DNA from: Anaeromyxobacteraceae bacterium
Lineage (GTDB): Bacteria > Myxococcota > Myxococcia > Myxococcales > Anaeromyxobacteraceae
Direction: 5' to 3'
DNA length: 64,000 nt
Assembly: GCA_047602405.1 (NCBI GenBank)
Contig: JASGHJ010000001.1
Location: 1,664,001 to 1,728,000 of the forward strand
Under the pieces are notes generated by a model. The model did not search any database, was not told the DNA's origin, and saw nothing but the letters and a program-made list of their open reading frames with translations. A program made the translations under genes and the position numbers. Below are positions 1-10,065 of this stretch, piece after piece. Within the stretch, counting starts at the first letter, position 1. Each line of letters starts with the position of its first letter.

Positions 1-822
1 TTCACCGACCTCGCCGGCGCGACCGCCGACACCTTCACGCTCTCGCCCGCGACCCTCGCCGACGACGGCGCGAGGTTCCGGGTGCGCGTCACCGGTGCGC
101 GCGGGAGCCTCGCGAGCGGGGCCGCGGTGCTGACGGTGACCGCCCCGCCCGCGCTCGAGATCACGAGCGCGTCGCCGCTCTCCGGGGCGGTGGTGGGGAC
201 GGCGTACTCGACGACGTTCCTGGCGACCGGCGGGACGCACCCGCTCACGTGGAGCGCCGACAACGTCCCGGCCGGCCTCGTGCTCGACGCCGGCACCGGG
301 GAGCTCCACGGGACGCCCACGCAGGAGGCGTTCCACCGCCTCACCGTCCGCGTCGAGGACTCCGCCCAGCCGCACGCCACCGCGCAGCGGGCCTTCGACC
401 TCGACATCGTCGCGCCCTGCGACAAGGGCTGGGGCTCGCTCGTGGTCGAGAACGCGCCCGCCTCGACCGGAGGGAGGCTCTGTCCCGAGGAGGCGCAGCC
501 GCCTTCACCGGCGAACGCGTTCGATCAGCAGCACGTGGTCTGGGCCGAGAACCACGACTACGGCAGCTTCCAGTACCGCGAGGCGGTCCTGGTGACCTAC
601 GACCGGGCCTCCGGCGTGGTCTACTCGGTCGACTACTTCCTGAACGACAAGACCAACCTCCTGAGCGTCCTCTGCTCGCCCGAGGTCTTCGCGCCCCCGC
701 CGTGCGCGGGCGTCACCGTGGATCCCTTCGTGGGGACCGCGACCTTCGCGGGCACGGCCGTCGGCGTGATGGCCCCGCCCATCCAGCTCACCGGCACGCT
801 GAAGTTCGGGTCGGCGCCGTAG
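1..822 (+). CDS. Ig-like/putative Ig (He_PIG) domain surface protein, 5'-partial
   Basis: Frame open from base 1 (FTDLAGATADTFTLSPATLADDGARFRVRV, I-set-like), followed by GTAYSTTFLATGG...PAGLVLDAGTGELHGTPT typical of putative Ig repeats; TAG at 820-822. Confidence 0.7.
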   Translation, partial: FTDLAGATADTFTLSPATLADDGARFRVRVTGARGSLASGAAVLTVTAPPALEITSASPLSGAVVGTAYSTTFLATGGTHPLTWSADNVPAGLVLDAGTGELHGTPTQEAFHRLTVRVEDSAQPHATAQRAFDLDIVAPCDKGWGSLVVENAPASTGGRLCPEEAQPPSPANAFDQQHVVWAENHDYGSFQYREAVLVTYDRASGVVYSVDYFLNDKTNLLSVLCSPEVFAPPPCAGVTVDPFVGTATFAGTAVGVMAPPIQLTGTLKFGSAP

Positions 823-833
823 CCGCGGGCTCG

Positions 834-1556
834 CTACCGATCGCCGATCTTGACCTGCAGCGCGGGCGCGGCGCTCCGGGCGAGCGCGTCCGCGACCACC
901 CGGGCCTCCCAGAACACGCTCGCGATCTGGACGAAGAGGAGGAACATGCCCGCGGAGACCAGCCCGGGGCGGAGCTCGTGCCACCGCAGCGGCCAGCGGG
1001 AGAGCGCGGCGCGGACGGCGGGCCGGTTGACCCCGGCCGCCACGAGGATGCCCATCGCCGCGCCCGCGAGGATGTCGGTCGGGTGGTGGAGCCCGAGGTA
1101 GACCCGCGGCACGCCGATGAAGAGGAACGCGAAGACGTGCGAGGCGACGCCGAGCGGGCGCGACACGAACCAGGCGGCGGTCGCGAGCGTCGCGAACAGC
1201 ATCGAGTGGTCGCTCGGGAACGCCGAGGGCCAGTCCCTGAGCGGCTCCTGGCCGAGGGGCACGATGAAGCCGAGGTCGGCGTTCTGCACGGGGCGCACGC
1301 GGTACGGCAGGAGCTTCTGCAGCACGAGGCAGAGGCCGATCGACAGGAAGCAGCCGAAGACCGTCGCCACGATGATCTCGCGGTTCTTCCGCCCCCGCTC
1401 GCCCTTCTCCAGCCACGGGTACCAGAGGAAGAGGCCGACGAAGCTCGCCTTCGCAATCGTGCCGTTCGCGAGCAGCATCATCCCGCGGTCGAGGAACGAC
1501 GAGCGCTGGGCGAACGAGTTCAGGAGGTGCAGGATCGTCTGGTCGAAGGCGTTCAT
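834..1556 (-). CDS. PAP2-family phosphatase (undecaprenyl-pyrophosphate phosphatase-like)
   Basis: Motifs KLLPYRVRP, AFPSDH and PRVYLGLHHPTD; several TM helices; start taken at MNAFDQ. Confidence 0.85.
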   Translation of the reverse strand: MNAFDQTILHLLNSFAQRSSFLDRGMMLLANGTIAKASFVGLFLWYPWLEKGERGRKNREIIVATVFGCFLSIGLCLVLQKLLPYRVRPVQNADLGFIVPLGQEPLRDWPSAFPSDHSMLFATLATAAWFVSRPLGVASHVFAFLFIGVPRVYLGLHHPTDILAGAAMGILVAAGVNRPAVRAALSRWPLRWHELRPGLVSAGMFLLFVQIASVFWEARVVADALARSAAPALQVKIGDR

Positions 1557-1798
1557 GCGCGGCGCTCGGGAGCCTCGGGCTGGCGACCTTGGCACATTCG
1601 GTCCGGGGCGGACATCCCGAGGCGAAGGGGCCGGCCAAATGCTCAGGCGCCTTGCGGCCGTGAGGCGGCGCGCTTGCGCGGGGTCAAGGGAGCCGGACCC
1701 GGGGTGAAGCGGGCCCGGCGTCCGTCGACGCGCTGCGCAGCGCGTCGTTCCCCCGCCGCTTCGGCGCCGTCACGGCGCAGACGTCTGCGTGGGGCGAC

Positions 1799-2533
1799 TC
1801 ACCGCCTGCGCGGCGGCTTCCCGGCCGCGACGAGCACCCGGTCCACGACGTCCGGTGCGAGCGGCTCGCAGGAGCCGGCGAGCCGGGCGACGAGCGCGAT
1901 GCGCGCCACGCGCTCGAGCGTCTCCATCCGGTCGAAGGCCTCGCCGAGCGTGCGGCCGAAGGTGAGCGCGCCGTGGCGCTCGAGGAGCAGGACGTCGTGC
2001 CCGGCCCAGAACGGCGCGAGCGACGCGGGGACCTCGTCGGTGCCGGGCGTCGAGAAGCGGGCCACCGCGACGGGGCCCAGCGTGACCGCGGCCTCGGGGA
2101 CGAGGTCGCCCGGCGGCGGCGCGCCGGCCACGGTGAGGGCGACGGCGGTGATGGGGTGCGCGTGCACGACGGCCTCGACGTCGGGCCGGGCGGCGTAGGC
2201 CGCGAGGTGCATCCTGAGCTCGGTCGAGGCGCGGGCGCCCGGAGGGCCCTTCACGACCTCGCCGGCGGCGTCGACGACGACGAGGTCGGCGGCGCGCAGG
2301 TAGCCCTTGTTCGCGCCGGAGGGCGTGACGAGGAAGCGGCCGGGGCCGAGGCGGACGGAGACGTTGCCCTCGCCGGCGCCGATGAGGTCGCGGGCGTGGA
2401 GGCGGCGGCAGAGCTCGACGAGGGACGAGCGGAGGGTCCGTTCGTCCTTCGACTTCGCGGCCGCTGCGCGGCCGCTACGCTCAGGATGAGCGGCCTTCGA
2501 CTTCGCGGACCTCGTCTTCTTGCGCCCGCTCAC
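1799..2533 (-). CDS. Class II aldolase/adducin family protein
   Basis: EGNVSVR, TPSG, ASTELRMH, VVHAHP and LLERHG motifs; the N-terminus contains a repeat-derived insertion. Confidence 0.9.
   Translation of the reverse strand: MSGRKKTRSAKSKAAHPERSGRAAAAKSKDERTLRSSLVELCRRLHARDLIGAGEGNVSVRLGPGRFLVTPSGANKGYLRAADLVVVDAAGEVVKGPPGARASTELRMHLAAYAARPDVEAVVHAHPITAVALTVAGAPPPGDLVPEAAVTLGPVAVARFSTPGTDEVPASLAPFWAGHDVLLLERHGALTFGRTLGEAFDRMETLERVARIALVARLAGSCEPLAPDVVDRVLVAAGKPPRRR
2438..2508 (+). repeat. REP-like palindromic element, copy 1 (inside aldolase CDS)
   Basis: CCTTCGACTTCG-CGGCCGCTGCGCGGCCG-CTACGCTCAGGATGAGCGG followed by a partial direct duplication, CCTTCGACTTCGCGG. Confidence 0.8.
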
Positions 2534-3594
2534 AGGATCTTCGCCGCGAGGAGGTCCTGCACGTCGAGCAGGCCCACGGGGCGGCCCTCGGAGTCGACGA
2601 CGGGGACCTGATCGATGGCGGCCTGGCGCAGGACGCGGGCGCCGTCGCCGACGAGCGCGTCGGGGCGGATGGTGCGCGGGTTGCGGCCCATCGCGGTCGA
2701 GACCGGGCGGTTGAAGTCGTGGTGGCCGTGCTCGACCAGGCGGCGGAGGTCGCCGTCGGTGAAGATCCCGACGAGCTTCCCGGCGGCGTCGACGACGCTC
2801 GCGGCGCCGGGCCGGCCGGCGGTGCCGGTCATCACGGCGACGGCGGCGGAGAGCGGCTCGTCCTCGCGCACGACCGGGTTCGACTCCCCGGCGCGCATGA
2901 TCTCGTGGACCTTCATGAGGCCGCGGCCGAGCTTGCCGGCGGGGTGGTAGAGCGCGAACTCCTCCTCGCGGAAGGAGCGGTTCTGGAGGACGGTCATCGC
3001 GATCGCGTCGCCGACCGCGAGCAGCACCGCGGTCGAGGCGGTCGGGGCGAGGCCCATCGGGCAGGCCTCCTCGACGTCGCCGATGGCGACGACGAGGTGG
3101 GCGGCGCGGGCGAGCGGGTTCTGGCGGTCCTTCGTGAGCGCGACGATGCGCACGCCCATCTTCTTGAGCGCCGGCAGGAGCCGGACGATCTCCTCGGTCT
3201 CGCCCGAGTTCGAGAGCGCGAAGACCACGTCGTCCTTCGCGATGCGGCCGAGGTCGCCGTGCGCCGCCTCCGCCGGGTGGACGAAGAGCGAGGGGGTGCC
3301 GGTGGAGGCGAGCGTCGCCGAGATCTTCTGGGCGACGAAGCCGGGCTTTCCCATCCCGGTGACCACCACCCGGCCCTTGCAGTCGAGCACCCAGCGCACC
3401 GCCTCGGCGAAGCTCTCGCCGAGGACCACCCGGCCGATGGCCCCGGCCTCGGCCGCGAGCACGGTCTTCCCGTAGTCGACGAGGGCCTTCGCGGAGGGCT
3501 TCCGCGGCGAGACGGGCCTGCGGGGCGGCGCCGCCTCCTGGGGCCGTGCGAGCTTGCGCCGGGGGAGCCTGCGGACCTTCGAGCGGGCGGCCAT
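2530..3594 (-). CDS. kdsD: KpsF/GutQ family arabinose-5-phosphate isomerase (SIS plus CBS domains)
   Basis: VTGMGKPG, HPAEAAHGDLG, SNSGET, PTAST, HPAGKLG and GIFTDGDLRR motifs. Confidence 0.9.
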   Translation of the reverse strand: MAARSKVRRLPRRKLARPQEAAPPRRPVSPRKPSAKALVDYGKTVLAAEAGAIGRVVLGESFAEAVRWVLDCKGRVVVTGMGKPGFVAQKISATLASTGTPSLFVHPAEAAHGDLGRIAKDDVVFALSNSGETEEIVRLLPALKKMGVRIVALTKDRQNPLARAAHLVVAIGDVEEACPMGLAPTASTAVLLAVGDAIAMTVLQNRSFREEEFALYHPAGKLGRGLMKVHEIMRAGESNPVVREDEPLSAAVAVMTGTAGRPGAASVVDAAGKLVGIFTDGDLRRLVEHGHHDFNRPVSTAMGRNPRTIRPDALVGDGARVLRQAAIDQVPVVDSEGRPVGLLDVQDLLAAKIL

Positions 3595-3685
3595 GTCGAG
3601 CGGGTCATAGCACACACGGCCCTTGCGAGGCGCGCGGGCGCCGCGCTATGCAGAATCCTCCCGCGCAGCACGGAGGTGGTTCGCC

Positions 3686-4333
3686 ATGCAGTTCTTCATC
3701 GACTCGGCCGACGTCAACGAGATCAAGAAGGCCCTCGCCCTCGGCCTGTGCGACGGCGTGACGACCAACCCCTCGCTCGTCGCCAAGACGGGCCGCTCCT
3801 TCGACGACGTGCTGAAGGAGATCGTCTCCATCGTCCCCGGCCCCATCTCCGCGGAGGTCACCTCGACCGACGCCGAGGGGATGCTGAAGGAGGCCCGGTA
3901 CTACGCGAAGTTCGGGAGCCAGATCGTCGTCAAGGTCCCGCTCATCGTCGAGGGCCTGAAGGCGGTGAAGGTGCTCTCCGACGAGGGCGTGAAGACGAAC
4001 GTCACGCTCTGCTTCTCGGCGGTGCAGGCGCTCCTCGCCGCGAAGGCGGGCGCGACGTACATCTCGCCGTTCGTCGGCCGGCTCGACGACATCAGCCAGG
4101 ACGGCATGGCGCTCATCGCCGACATCGTCCAGATCTACCGGAACTACCAGTTCAAGACGAAGGTGCTCGTCGCCTCGGTGCGCCACCCGGTGCACGTGCT
4201 CGAGGCCGCGAAGCTCGGCGCCGACGTGTCGACGATCCCGTACGGCGTCATCGAGCAGCTCGCGAAGCACCCGCTCACCGAGTCCGGCCTGAAGAAGTTC
4301 CTCGCGGACTGGGAGAAGGTGCCGAAGAAGTAG
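3686..4333 (+). CDS. fsa: Fructose-6-phosphate aldolase / short transaldolase family
   Basis: [29 protein letters not shown] and HPLT motifs; GGAGG SD upstream. Confidence 0.9.
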   Translation: MQFFIDSADVNEIKKALALGLCDGVTTNPSLVAKTGRSFDDVLKEIVSIVPGPISAEVTSTDAEGMLKEARYYAKFGSQIVVKVPLIVEGLKAVKVLSDEGVKTNVTLCFSAVQALLAAKAGATYISPFVGRLDDISQDGMALIADIVQIYRNYQFKTKVLVASVRHPVHVLEAAKLGADVSTIPYGVIEQLAKHPLTESGLKKFLADWEKVPKK

Positions 4334-4334
4334 A

Positions 4335-4383
4335 CGTCCCTCGTCTCCGGCGCGCTGCGCGCGCCTACGCTCGGGACGAACGG
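4335..4383 (+). repeat. REP-like element, copy 2 (between convergent genes)
   Basis: CCCTCGTCTCCG-GCGCGCTGCGCGCGC-CTACGCTCGGGACGAACGG. Confidence 0.85.
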
Positions 4384-4385
4384 GG

Positions 4386-4829
4386 TTACTGGGTCACCCG
4401 GAACAGGCGCCGCTCCAGGAGCTTCAGGCTCGCCGAGAGGTCCGCGCGCGACAGGCGCGCGGCCTCGGCGCGCTCCTTGAGCTCGAGGCAGCGCTCCGTC
4501 ACGAGCGTCACGAGCAGGTGGAGCGCCGCCTCCTCCGCCGGCGTCTGCAGCCGGTGGCGGCCCTCCTCCAGCGCGCACTCGTAGCCGTCGAGGGCGTGCG
4601 CGAGGTCGAGCCGCGCCAGCTCGAGCGCGAACCGGACCACGTCCTCGCGCGGGCGCGCCGCCGCGCCGGCGGCCCACCGTGCGCGGGCGGCGTCGTCCAC
4701 CCACTCGAGCTCGGCGGGGGGCCAGGCCTCGAGCTCGCGGGCGAGCTCCTCGGCGAACTTCTCGAGGATGTACTCCCGGACGGGCTGCTTCTGGCGGTCG
4801 TAGAGCCAGTCGAAGCGGCGGTCGCGCAC
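4386..4829 (-). CDS. Hypothetical helical protein
   Basis: Protein-like sequence with GC3 bias from GTG (VRDRRFDWLY...) to the stop; no recognisable motif. Confidence 0.65.
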   Translation of the reverse strand: MRDRRFDWLYDRQKQPVREYILEKFAEELARELEAWPPAELEWVDDAARARWAAGAAARPREDVVRFALELARLDLAHALDGYECALEEGRHRLQTPAEEAALHLLVTLVTERCLELKERAEAARLSRADLSASLKLLERRLFRVTQ

Positions 4830-4843
4830 GGGCCAATTGTACG

Positions 4844-5692
4844 CTACGCGGCGCCGGTGCTGGACACGCGCCGGCGGGCGGGAGCGCGCTCGGCGCCCTT
4901 GCCGCCCACGAGGCCGGTCAGCTTCCCGCGGACGCGCGGCGCGTGCTCCTCGGCGGCGCGCAGCTCGGCGAGGAGCGTCCCGTAGACGCGCTTCGAGGTG
5001 AGGAGGTCGAAGTGGTCGCCCTTGACCTCGACGTTCACGAGGTGCGGGAGCCCCTGCGTGTCGAGCACCGAGGTCGGGTAGCGCGCCCAGGGATCGGTCC
5101 GGCTCCAGAGCGAGGCGAGCCGCACCGAGGCCGGCCACGGCCCGTCGCCGAGCCGGCCGAGGAACGGGCTCCCCGGGATCATCTGCAGGATCGAGCGGGC
5201 GACGGTCACGATGGGCAGGCCGAGCCACGCGCGGGCGGTGCCGTGGTACGGCGCGCCGAGCGTGACGACCGCGCGCGTGCGCCGCCAGCCGCCGAGCTTC
5301 TTCACGTAGTACGCCGCGACGAGGCCGCCCTTCGAGTGGCCCACGATGGTGAGCGGCCCGAGGGAGGGGTTGCGCCCGTAGATCCGCTCGACCTTGGTGC
5401 GCACGAGGTCGGCGAGGTCGTCGATGCCGCGGTTGTTGAGCGACTGCCCGAGCCCGCCGAGGTCGAGCGAGAACGGGCCGTAGCCGTCGCGGCGCAGGCG
5501 CTCCTCGAGGACCTCCAGCGTCCGCCGGCCGGACATGAAGCCGTGGAGCAGGAGCACCGGCCGCTCGCAGCGCGAGAAGTCGGTGCGCTTCACGATGCGG
5601 TTCTCGATGCCCGGGATGTCGAGCGCCCGGGCGATCCGGTCGACCGCCTTCGCCACCCTCCGCACCGCCTTGATCGCTCGTCTCGCGTCCAC
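4844..5692 (-). CDS. Alpha/beta hydrolase (lipase/esterase)
   Basis: PVLLLHGF oxyanion motif, GHSKGG nucleophile elbow, TLGAPYHGT. Confidence 0.85.
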   Translation of the reverse strand: MDARRAIKAVRRVAKAVDRIARALDIPGIENRIVKRTDFSRCERPVLLLHGFMSGRRTLEVLEERLRRDGYGPFSLDLGGLGQSLNNRGIDDLADLVRTKVERIYGRNPSLGPLTIVGHSKGGLVAAYYVKKLGGWRRTRAVVTLGAPYHGTARAWLGLPIVTVARSILQMIPGSPFLGRLGDGPWPASVRLASLWSRTDPWARYPTSVLDTQGLPHLVNVEVKGDHFDLLTSKRVYGTLLAELRAAEEHAPRVRGKLTGLVGGKGAERAPARRRVSSTGAA

Positions 5693-5832
5693 CCGGTCGC
5701 CCCTCTCGTCGGAACATAGGGAACCCGAGGTGCATCCCGCAGTGCCCCGGATCACATCTGGCGCCCCGTATCCCGGGGACGGGTCCCCGCCACCGTGCCG
5801 CGCCCCGGGGCCACCCGCGCCGTCGGGCCGGC

Positions 5833-5861
5833 TTGAGCCGCCCCCGCCCCTGCGCTAAGAG
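5833..5861 (+). promoter_or_regulatory. Putative sigma70 promoter of DAHP synthase 1
   Basis: TTGAGC-N17-TAAGAG, about 40 bp upstream of the ATG. Confidence 0.45.
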
Positions 5862-5902
5862 ACCGCCCGGCCACCCACTTTGGACACCCGGAGCCCTCGA
5901 AC

Positions 5903-6916
5903 ATGCTCGTGGTCATGAAGAACAGCGCGACGCCCGAACAGGTCGAGGCCGTGAACGCACGGATCCGTTCGCTGGGGTTCGAGCCACACCCCATCCCGGG
6001 TGCGCAGCGCGTCGCCATCGGCATCACGGGCAACAAGGGCGCGGTGGACCCGGGCCAGTTCGAGGGCCTCCCGGGGGTGGCCGAGGCCATCCGGGTGTCC
6101 CAGCCGTTCAAGCTCGTGTCCCGCGAGGTGAAGCCGGACGATACGGTCATCGACGTCGGCGGCGTGAAGCTGGGCGGCGGCCGCATCGCGGTCATGGCCG
6201 GTCCGTGCTCGGTCGAGTCGAAGGAGCAGCTCCTCGAGGCCGCCCACGCGGTCAAGGCAGCCGGGGCGACCTTCCTCCGCGGCGGCGCCTGGAAGCCGCG
6301 CACGAGCCCCTACGAGTTCCAGGGGCTCGCCGAGGAGGGCCTGAAGCTCCTCGCGCTCGCCCGCGAGCAGACCGGCCTCAAGGTCGTGACCGAGGTGATG
6401 GACGTCGAGACGCTCCCGATGGTCGTAGAGCACGCCGACGTGATCCAGATCGGCGCCCGCAACATGCAGAACTTCTCGCTCCTGAAGCAGCTCGGCACGC
6501 TCAAGAAGCCCATCCTCCTGAAGCGCGGCCCGTCGGCCACGCTCAAGGAGTGGCTCATGGCCGCCGAGTACATCCTCTCCCGCGGCAACTACCAGGTCGC
6601 GCTCTGCGAGCGCGGCATCCGCACCTTCGAGACGATGACCCGCAACACGCTCGACCTCAACGCGGTGCCGGTGCTCAAGACGCTCACGCACCTGCCGGTG
6701 GTGGTCGACCCGTCGCACGGCATCGGCCTGCGCGCGCACGTCGCCGCGATGGCCCGCGCCGGCGTCGCCGCGGGCGCCGACGGCCTCATCGTCGAGGTGC
6801 ACCCGCGCCCGGAGAAGGCGCTCTCCGACGGGCAGCAGTCGCTGATGCCGACCGAGTTCGAGGCGCTGATGCGGCAGGTGAAGGTGATCGCCGGCGCGGT
6901 GGGGCGCGAGGTCTGA
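5903..6916 (+). CDS. aroF: DAHP synthase type I-beta with N-terminal regulatory domain (paralog 1)
   Basis: [40 protein letters not shown] and DPSH motifs. Confidence 0.95.
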   Translation: MLVVMKNSATPEQVEAVNARIRSLGFEPHPIPGAQRVAIGITGNKGAVDPGQFEGLPGVAEAIRVSQPFKLVSREVKPDDTVIDVGGVKLGGGRIAVMAGPCSVESKEQLLEAAHAVKAAGATFLRGGAWKPRTSPYEFQGLAEEGLKLLALAREQTGLKVVTEVMDVETLPMVVEHADVIQIGARNMQNFSLLKQLGTLKKPILLKRGPSATLKEWLMAAEYILSRGNYQVALCERGIRTFETMTRNTLDLNAVPVLKTLTHLPVVVDPSHGIGLRAHVAAMARAGVAAGADGLIVEVHPRPEKALSDGQQSLMPTEFEALMRQVKVIAGAVGREV

Positions 6917-6965
6917 CCCCTCGTCTCCGCGCCGCCTCCGGCGGCGCCACGCTCGGGGTGAACGG
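6916..6965 (+). repeat. REP-like element, copy 3 (between convergent genes)
   Basis: CCCCTCGTCTCCG-CGCCGCCTCCGGCGGCG-CCACGCTCGGGGTGAACGG. Confidence 0.8.
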
Positions 6966-6968
6966 AAC

Positions 6969-7499
6969 CTAGCGGACGAGCCGGGCCGTGAACGCCAGGA
7001 TCGCGTCCTTCCGGCACGCGATCTTCCGCTCGAACGGGCGGTAGCCCTTCGCGACGGCGCGCACCACCACGTCCTCGCCGGGCTGGCAGGAGATCGAGGT
7101 GAGCACCGGCGCCCCGCCGAGCTCCTGGCCGTTCACCGTCACGTGCGCGCCCTCCGGCGCGGAGTCGATCGAGAGGCCGAAGCCGTCGAACGGCCGCCAG
7201 GCGTCGCCCGCGTCGTCGCGCGGCGCGAACACCTCGGCCTTCTCGAGGTTGCGCTTCTCGAGCGCGGCGTGCGCGGTCGCGGCCCAGCGCGCCTTCTCGA
7301 GCTCCTCGGAGGTCGGCTGCTCGGGGTGGCGCGGGGGCGTGCCGGCCGCGTCCCGCGCCGCGGGATCGGCGGGCGCGAGCGCGGCGGCGGGGAGGGTCGG
7401 CGGCCGGAAGAGCCGCGGGACGAGGAACGCGCCGGCGACGAGCGGCAGCACGAGCGACGCGGCCCACACGGCGAAGCGGCGGGGGTTGGGCTCCTTCAC
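6969..7499 (-). CDS. Membrane-anchored PEGA-domain protein
   Basis: N-terminal TM segment; [23 protein letters not shown]...KGYRP is PEGA-like. Confidence 0.7.
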   Translation of the reverse strand: MKEPNPRRFAVWAASLVLPLVAGAFLVPRLFRPPTLPAAALAPADPAARDAAGTPPRHPEQPTSEELEKARWAATAHAALEKRNLEKAEVFAPRDDAGDAWRPFDGFGLSIDSAPEGAHVTVNGQELGGAPVLTSISCQPGEDVVVRAVAKGYRPFERKIACRKDAILAFTARLVR

Positions 7500-7677
7500 G
7501 GAGGCATCCTACCGCCGCTGTGGGCGGCCTCCCACCGCGGCGCACGGGTGCCGGACGTGCCCCGGGTCCGCGGGCGCGGCGCGGCGGCGTGCGTCAAGCG
7601 CGCGTGCCCGCTGGCCTCCGGTGCTGCCGGCGGCCGGCCCGGCTCGTGCTCTCCGTGCCGCCCGGAGGCCACACGCC

Positions 7678-8400
7678 ATGCCCAGGTTCCCGACCCTCGC
7701 CGTCCTCGCCCTCGCCGCCGCGGCCGCCGCCTGCGGTGGCAAGGCCGACGTGAAGCTCCGCGTCGACAACCAGACCGTCGCCGGCGCGCTCGTCGCCGGG
7801 ACCGACCGCTCGCTCGAGCTGAAGCTCATCGCGGTCTACCTCGCGGAGGACGTCGATCCGCAGACGCAGGACAACGTCGGCGAGACCCAGATGATCTGGC
7901 TCAACGCCCAGTGCAACGACGACATCCAGGGCTGCCTGCCGAGCGGCATGCCCGGCGGCGGGCCGCGGGTCACGAGCTTCTTCGACTTCGGCCAGCCGAC
8001 CGACGTGGTCAACGCCGCCATCAACGGGCAGGGCCGCGCCGTGAAGACCGGCACCTACCGCTACGCCCGCATGGAGTTCTGCAAGTACGGCATGCCCGGC
8101 GAGCCGAACCTGCGTTGGAGGGGGCCGGGCATGACCGGCGCTCGCGAGATGATCGTGGGCGACTGCGGCCGCACGAGCCAGGTGTTCTCGCCGCCGCTCA
8201 CCCTCGCCGACGGCGAGTCCGTGACGGTCACGCTCGGCTACGACATGGCGCAGTCGATCCGGTCCGGCGCGCCGGGCCCGAACGGCTCGATGTCGATCGC
8301 GGGCGTCGACCACTGGTTCCGCGACTGCGAGGACCTCGCCGGCGGCACGCGGGTCTGCATGGACTTCCCGGACTTCCAGCCCACGGCGACGAAGCAGTAG
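7678..8400 (+). CDS. Hypothetical lipoprotein (Cys-rich)
   Basis: GGAGG SD; signal peptide ending AAAC; strong GC3 bias. Confidence 0.75.
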   Translation: MPRFPTLAVLALAAAAAACGGKADVKLRVDNQTVAGALVAGTDRSLELKLIAVYLAEDVDPQTQDNVGETQMIWLNAQCNDDIQGCLPSGMPGGGPRVTSFFDFGQPTDVVNAAINGQGRAVKTGTYRYARMEFCKYGMPGEPNLRWRGPGMTGAREMIVGDCGRTSQVFSPPLTLADGESVTVTLGYDMAQSIRSGAPGPNGSMSIAGVDHWFRDCEDLAGGTRVCMDFPDFQPTATKQ

Positions 8401-8417
8401 TCCGAGGCCCAAGACAC

Positions 8418-8448
8418 GAGAAGAGGCCCGTTCAAGGGGCCTCTTCTC
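8418..8448. terminator. Strong hairpin, probable bidirectional terminator
   Basis: GAGAAGAGGCCC-gttcaag-GGGCCTCTTCTC, a perfect 12-bp stem with T-rich tails on both strands. Confidence 0.75.
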
Positions 8449-8596
8449 ACTTCTTCGCTCTGTGGCGGAGGCGCTCTGTAGACGAGCACCGGTCCGGCTT
8501 CACGCCGGTATGGACTGCGGTTCTGTCGAGTCCTGCGACGGCTCTGCTATCTCAGGCCTCCTTGTGGACACCGCGGTGTGAAACAGCGCGCTGTGT

Positions 8597-8638
8597 TGCT
8601 TCGATGCTGCTGCTTCGATGCTGCTGCTTCGGTGCTGC
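8597..8638. repeat. 14-bp tandem repeat x3
   Basis: TGCTTCGATGCTGC twice, then TGCTTCGGTGCTGC. Confidence 0.9.
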
Positions 8639-9039
8639 GTGCTGCCGTGGTCGTGTGAAGCCTCGCTGCAACCACAACTCCACGCTACGCCTCTCGCGCG
8701 ACGATCGGAAGTGGCCCCGGGCCACGCCGAACGGGGCGTGTCGCGCCGCACCGGAGCCCACCCGAGGAAGCTCGGGCACTTCGCGAGCGCGCGTCCCTCG
8801 GCAGTGGGAGGGCCCGCCCGGCGACCACCGACCCGCAGACCCACTCCGCGGGTCCGGGTCGAAACGATCGTCCACGCGCGGGCGCAGCGGCACGCGAGGC
8901 CGGCGCGACGGGCGCAGCGCGATGGCCAGGACGCGAGCACGCAGCGGAGCGAGAGCGCGGCCGCCTGGGCGCGGCCGGGCGGGGTGGCAGGGCGCCGAGC
9001 CGTGATACCGTTTCCGTCTCCCACGCCCCGAGGACGCCG

Positions 9040-10059
9040 ATGTTCATCACGATGAAGCCCCACGCGACCGAGGCCGAGTACGCCGACGTCGTCGAGAAGA
9101 TCCGCGCGCTGGGGCTCACCCCGCACCCCATCACCGGCATCGAGCGCAAGGTGGTCGCGGTCATCGGCCACACCTCCGGGCACGACCCGGAGGACCTCTT
9201 CGGCTCCATGCCCGGCGTCGCCGAGGCGCTGCGCGTCTCGCAGCCCTTCAAGCTCGTCTCGCGCGAGGTGAAGGAGGAGGACACCGTCCTCGACGTCGGG
9301 GGCGTGCCGCTCGGCGGGAAGGCCATCGCGGTCATGGCGGGGCCGTGCTCGGTCGAGTCGAAGGAGCAGATCTTCGAGGCCGCCGCGGCCGTGAAGCGCG
9401 CCGGCGCCACGTTCCTGCGCGGCGGCGCCTTCAAGCCGCGCACGAGCCCCTACGAGTTCCAGGGGCTCAAGGAGCAGGGGCTGAGGCTCCTCGCCGAGGC
9501 GCGGGAGCGGACCGGCCTCAAGGTCGTGACCGAGGTGAAGGACACCGAGACCCTCGAGCTCGTGGCCGAGTACGCGGACGTGCTGCAGGTCGGCGCGCGC
9601 AACATGCAGAACTACTCGCTCCTCGAGCGGCTCGGCACGATCGACAAGCCCGTCCTCCTGAAGCGCGGCCTCTCCGCCACGATCAAGGAGTGGCTGATGG
9701 CGGCCGAGTACATCGTCGCGAAGGGCAACCACCGCGTCGCGCTCTGCGAGCGGGGCATCCGCACCTTCGAGACGATGACCCGCAACACCCTCGACATCAA
9801 CGCGGTGCCGGTGCTGAAGGCGCTCACGCACCTGCCGGTGGTGGTGGACCCGTCGCACGGGATCGGCCTGAGGCCCCACGTCCCCGCCATCGCGCGCGCG
9901 GGCGTCGCGGCCGGCGCCGACGCGCTGATCATCGAGGTCCACCCGCGCCCGGAGAAGGCGCTCTCCGACGGCCACCAGTCGCTCACGCCGGCGGAGTTCG
10001 AGGGGCTCATGCAGCAGGTGCGGGTCATCGCCGGCGCGGTCGGGCGGTCGATCCTGTAG
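9040..10059 (+). CDS. aroF: DAHP synthase type I-beta (paralog 2)
   Basis: Same catalytic motifs as 5903-6916, with long identical stretches. Confidence 0.95.
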   Translation: MFITMKPHATEAEYADVVEKIRALGLTPHPITGIERKVVAVIGHTSGHDPEDLFGSMPGVAEALRVSQPFKLVSREVKEEDTVLDVGGVPLGGKAIAVMAGPCSVESKEQIFEAAAAVKRAGATFLRGGAFKPRTSPYEFQGLKEQGLRLLAEARERTGLKVVTEVKDTETLELVAEYADVLQVGARNMQNYSLLERLGTIDKPVLLKRGLSATIKEWLMAAEYIVAKGNHRVALCERGIRTFETMTRNTLDINAVPVLKALTHLPVVVDPSHGIGLRPHVPAIARAGVAAGADALIIEVHPRPEKALSDGHQSLTPAEFEGLMQQVRVIAGAVGRSIL

Positions 10060-10065
10060 GCGGCC

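Larger units (their letters stand above)
8412..8676 (-). ncRNA. Candidate ~260-nt small RNA
   Basis: TTCCGA-N17-TAGCGT promoter (8710-8682), non-coding composition, several hairpins, ends in the 8418-8448 hairpin. Confidence 0.45.

Noticed and set aside
5833..5905. CTT-TGG upstream of DAHP synthase 1 whose +1 frame also matches the CDS
   Set aside because: The upstream TTG coincides with the predicted -35 box and so is probably untranscribed. The ATG at 5903 has its own GGAG SD, and there is no nearby zero-frame stop. Likely coincidence.
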